A stretch of DNA of 59,333 bases, the filler included, from Porpidia crustulata (Eukaryota): the NCBI GenBank assembly GCA_964255105.1. It is 9 parts of 9 records of this genome, joined end to end, with 100 filler letters (N's around TTAATTAATTAA, not from the genome) between each part and the next. Parts side by side here need not be neighbours in the genome. Positions count along the whole stretch, not along the records: positions 52,837 to 59,333 come from CAXUWE010001526.1; 8 more parts are not named here. One strand, written 5' to 3'. Position 1 is the stretch's first letter. Each line of letters begins with the position of its first letter. This document shows positions 58,776 to 59,333 of the stretch, one piece after another. The notes beneath the pieces are model-generated. The model was not told where the DNA came from. It saw nothing but the letters and a program-made list of their open reading frames with translations, and searched no databases. The position numbers and the translations under genes were made by a program.

Positions 58776-59333
58776 GCGATTTGCCAGCATCCTTTGATTT
58801 TTGTTCTTCAACGTTGCCACGACTGTGCGATACCAGCCCTGATAGTTTTTGGTCCCCTTATTGGTGCTGGCGTTGGCGTTGGCTTCAACACCGGCCGATT
58901 CTTGTGTACCAAACCACGACCACTCCCCGCCACCGACACATACTCTACTCGCATCTGCACCTGCATTATAACTCGGATCCTCGCAGGATTACCCTACCAT
59001 TGTTGTTATCGTTCGCGGATTATGGAACGGTTTTCAATTTTATTTTATTCGACCGCATTTGGCTTACTCTATACCCCATACGCCTTGTATGATAGCGAGC
59101 AGCAAATTAATTATACAATATTTCATCGTCGGAGTGGGTGGACCATTGGTCGGGCATCGACGTCTTGTATATACGTTTTTGCATTATAGATGGCGGGTGG
59201 AGCTGTAATGATTGGGGGTGGAGAGCCGGGCGAGTATGAGTAGATGGTCAGCGATGGAAGAAGGAATTCTAGATCACACAGCTCATCGTGCATCAACGTC
59301 CATGATATCTTCGTAGTGTAAGATGTGTAATCT

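Noticed and set aside
1..59333. tRNA, rRNA, intact transposons or prokaryotic elements
   Set aside because: None recognised by eye; tRNAscan-SE, Infernal and a repeat library search would be needed to exclude small RNAs.

Overview
Fungal nuclear DNA from a filamentous ascomycete (Pezizomycotina); the secreted-protein family seen here is suggestive of a lichen-forming fungus, which is an inference. The window is not one locus. It is nine contigs of 6510, 6509, 6507, 6505, 6504, 6503, 6501, 6497 and 6497 bp, in descending size order, joined by identical 100-bp spacers (44 N + TTAATTAATTAA + 44 N), so adjacency across spacers carries no biological meaning. Housekeeping genes with no lesion seen: NOP2, tRNase Z (TRZ1), an Osh6/7-type oxysterol-binding protein, a GIG1-like protein, CTR9, Hikeshi/OPI10 (partial), cytosolic prolyl-tRNA synthetase and an SH3 membrane protein. 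Accessory genes: a SAM methyltransferase, a dimeric alpha/beta-barrel-like protein, a mosaic HEXXH+D metalloprotease-mucin, a triple-hevein chitin-binding protein, three members of a Cys-rich secreted family (two with an internally duplicated domain), a tandem-HIT protein and an SDR/Zn2Cys6 pair. Several accessory genes carry recent lesions (Zn2Cys6 TF, APH-like kinase, BTB protein, caspase-like/Myb fusion). Best leads: (i) the secreted family whose domain duplication is recorded in repeated intron positions, (ii) a small locus whose central exon is open in two frames, with frame choice depending on splicing of a uORF-containing intron, and (iii) the caspase-like protease-Myb fusion. All gene models were spliced by eye and no database searches were run.
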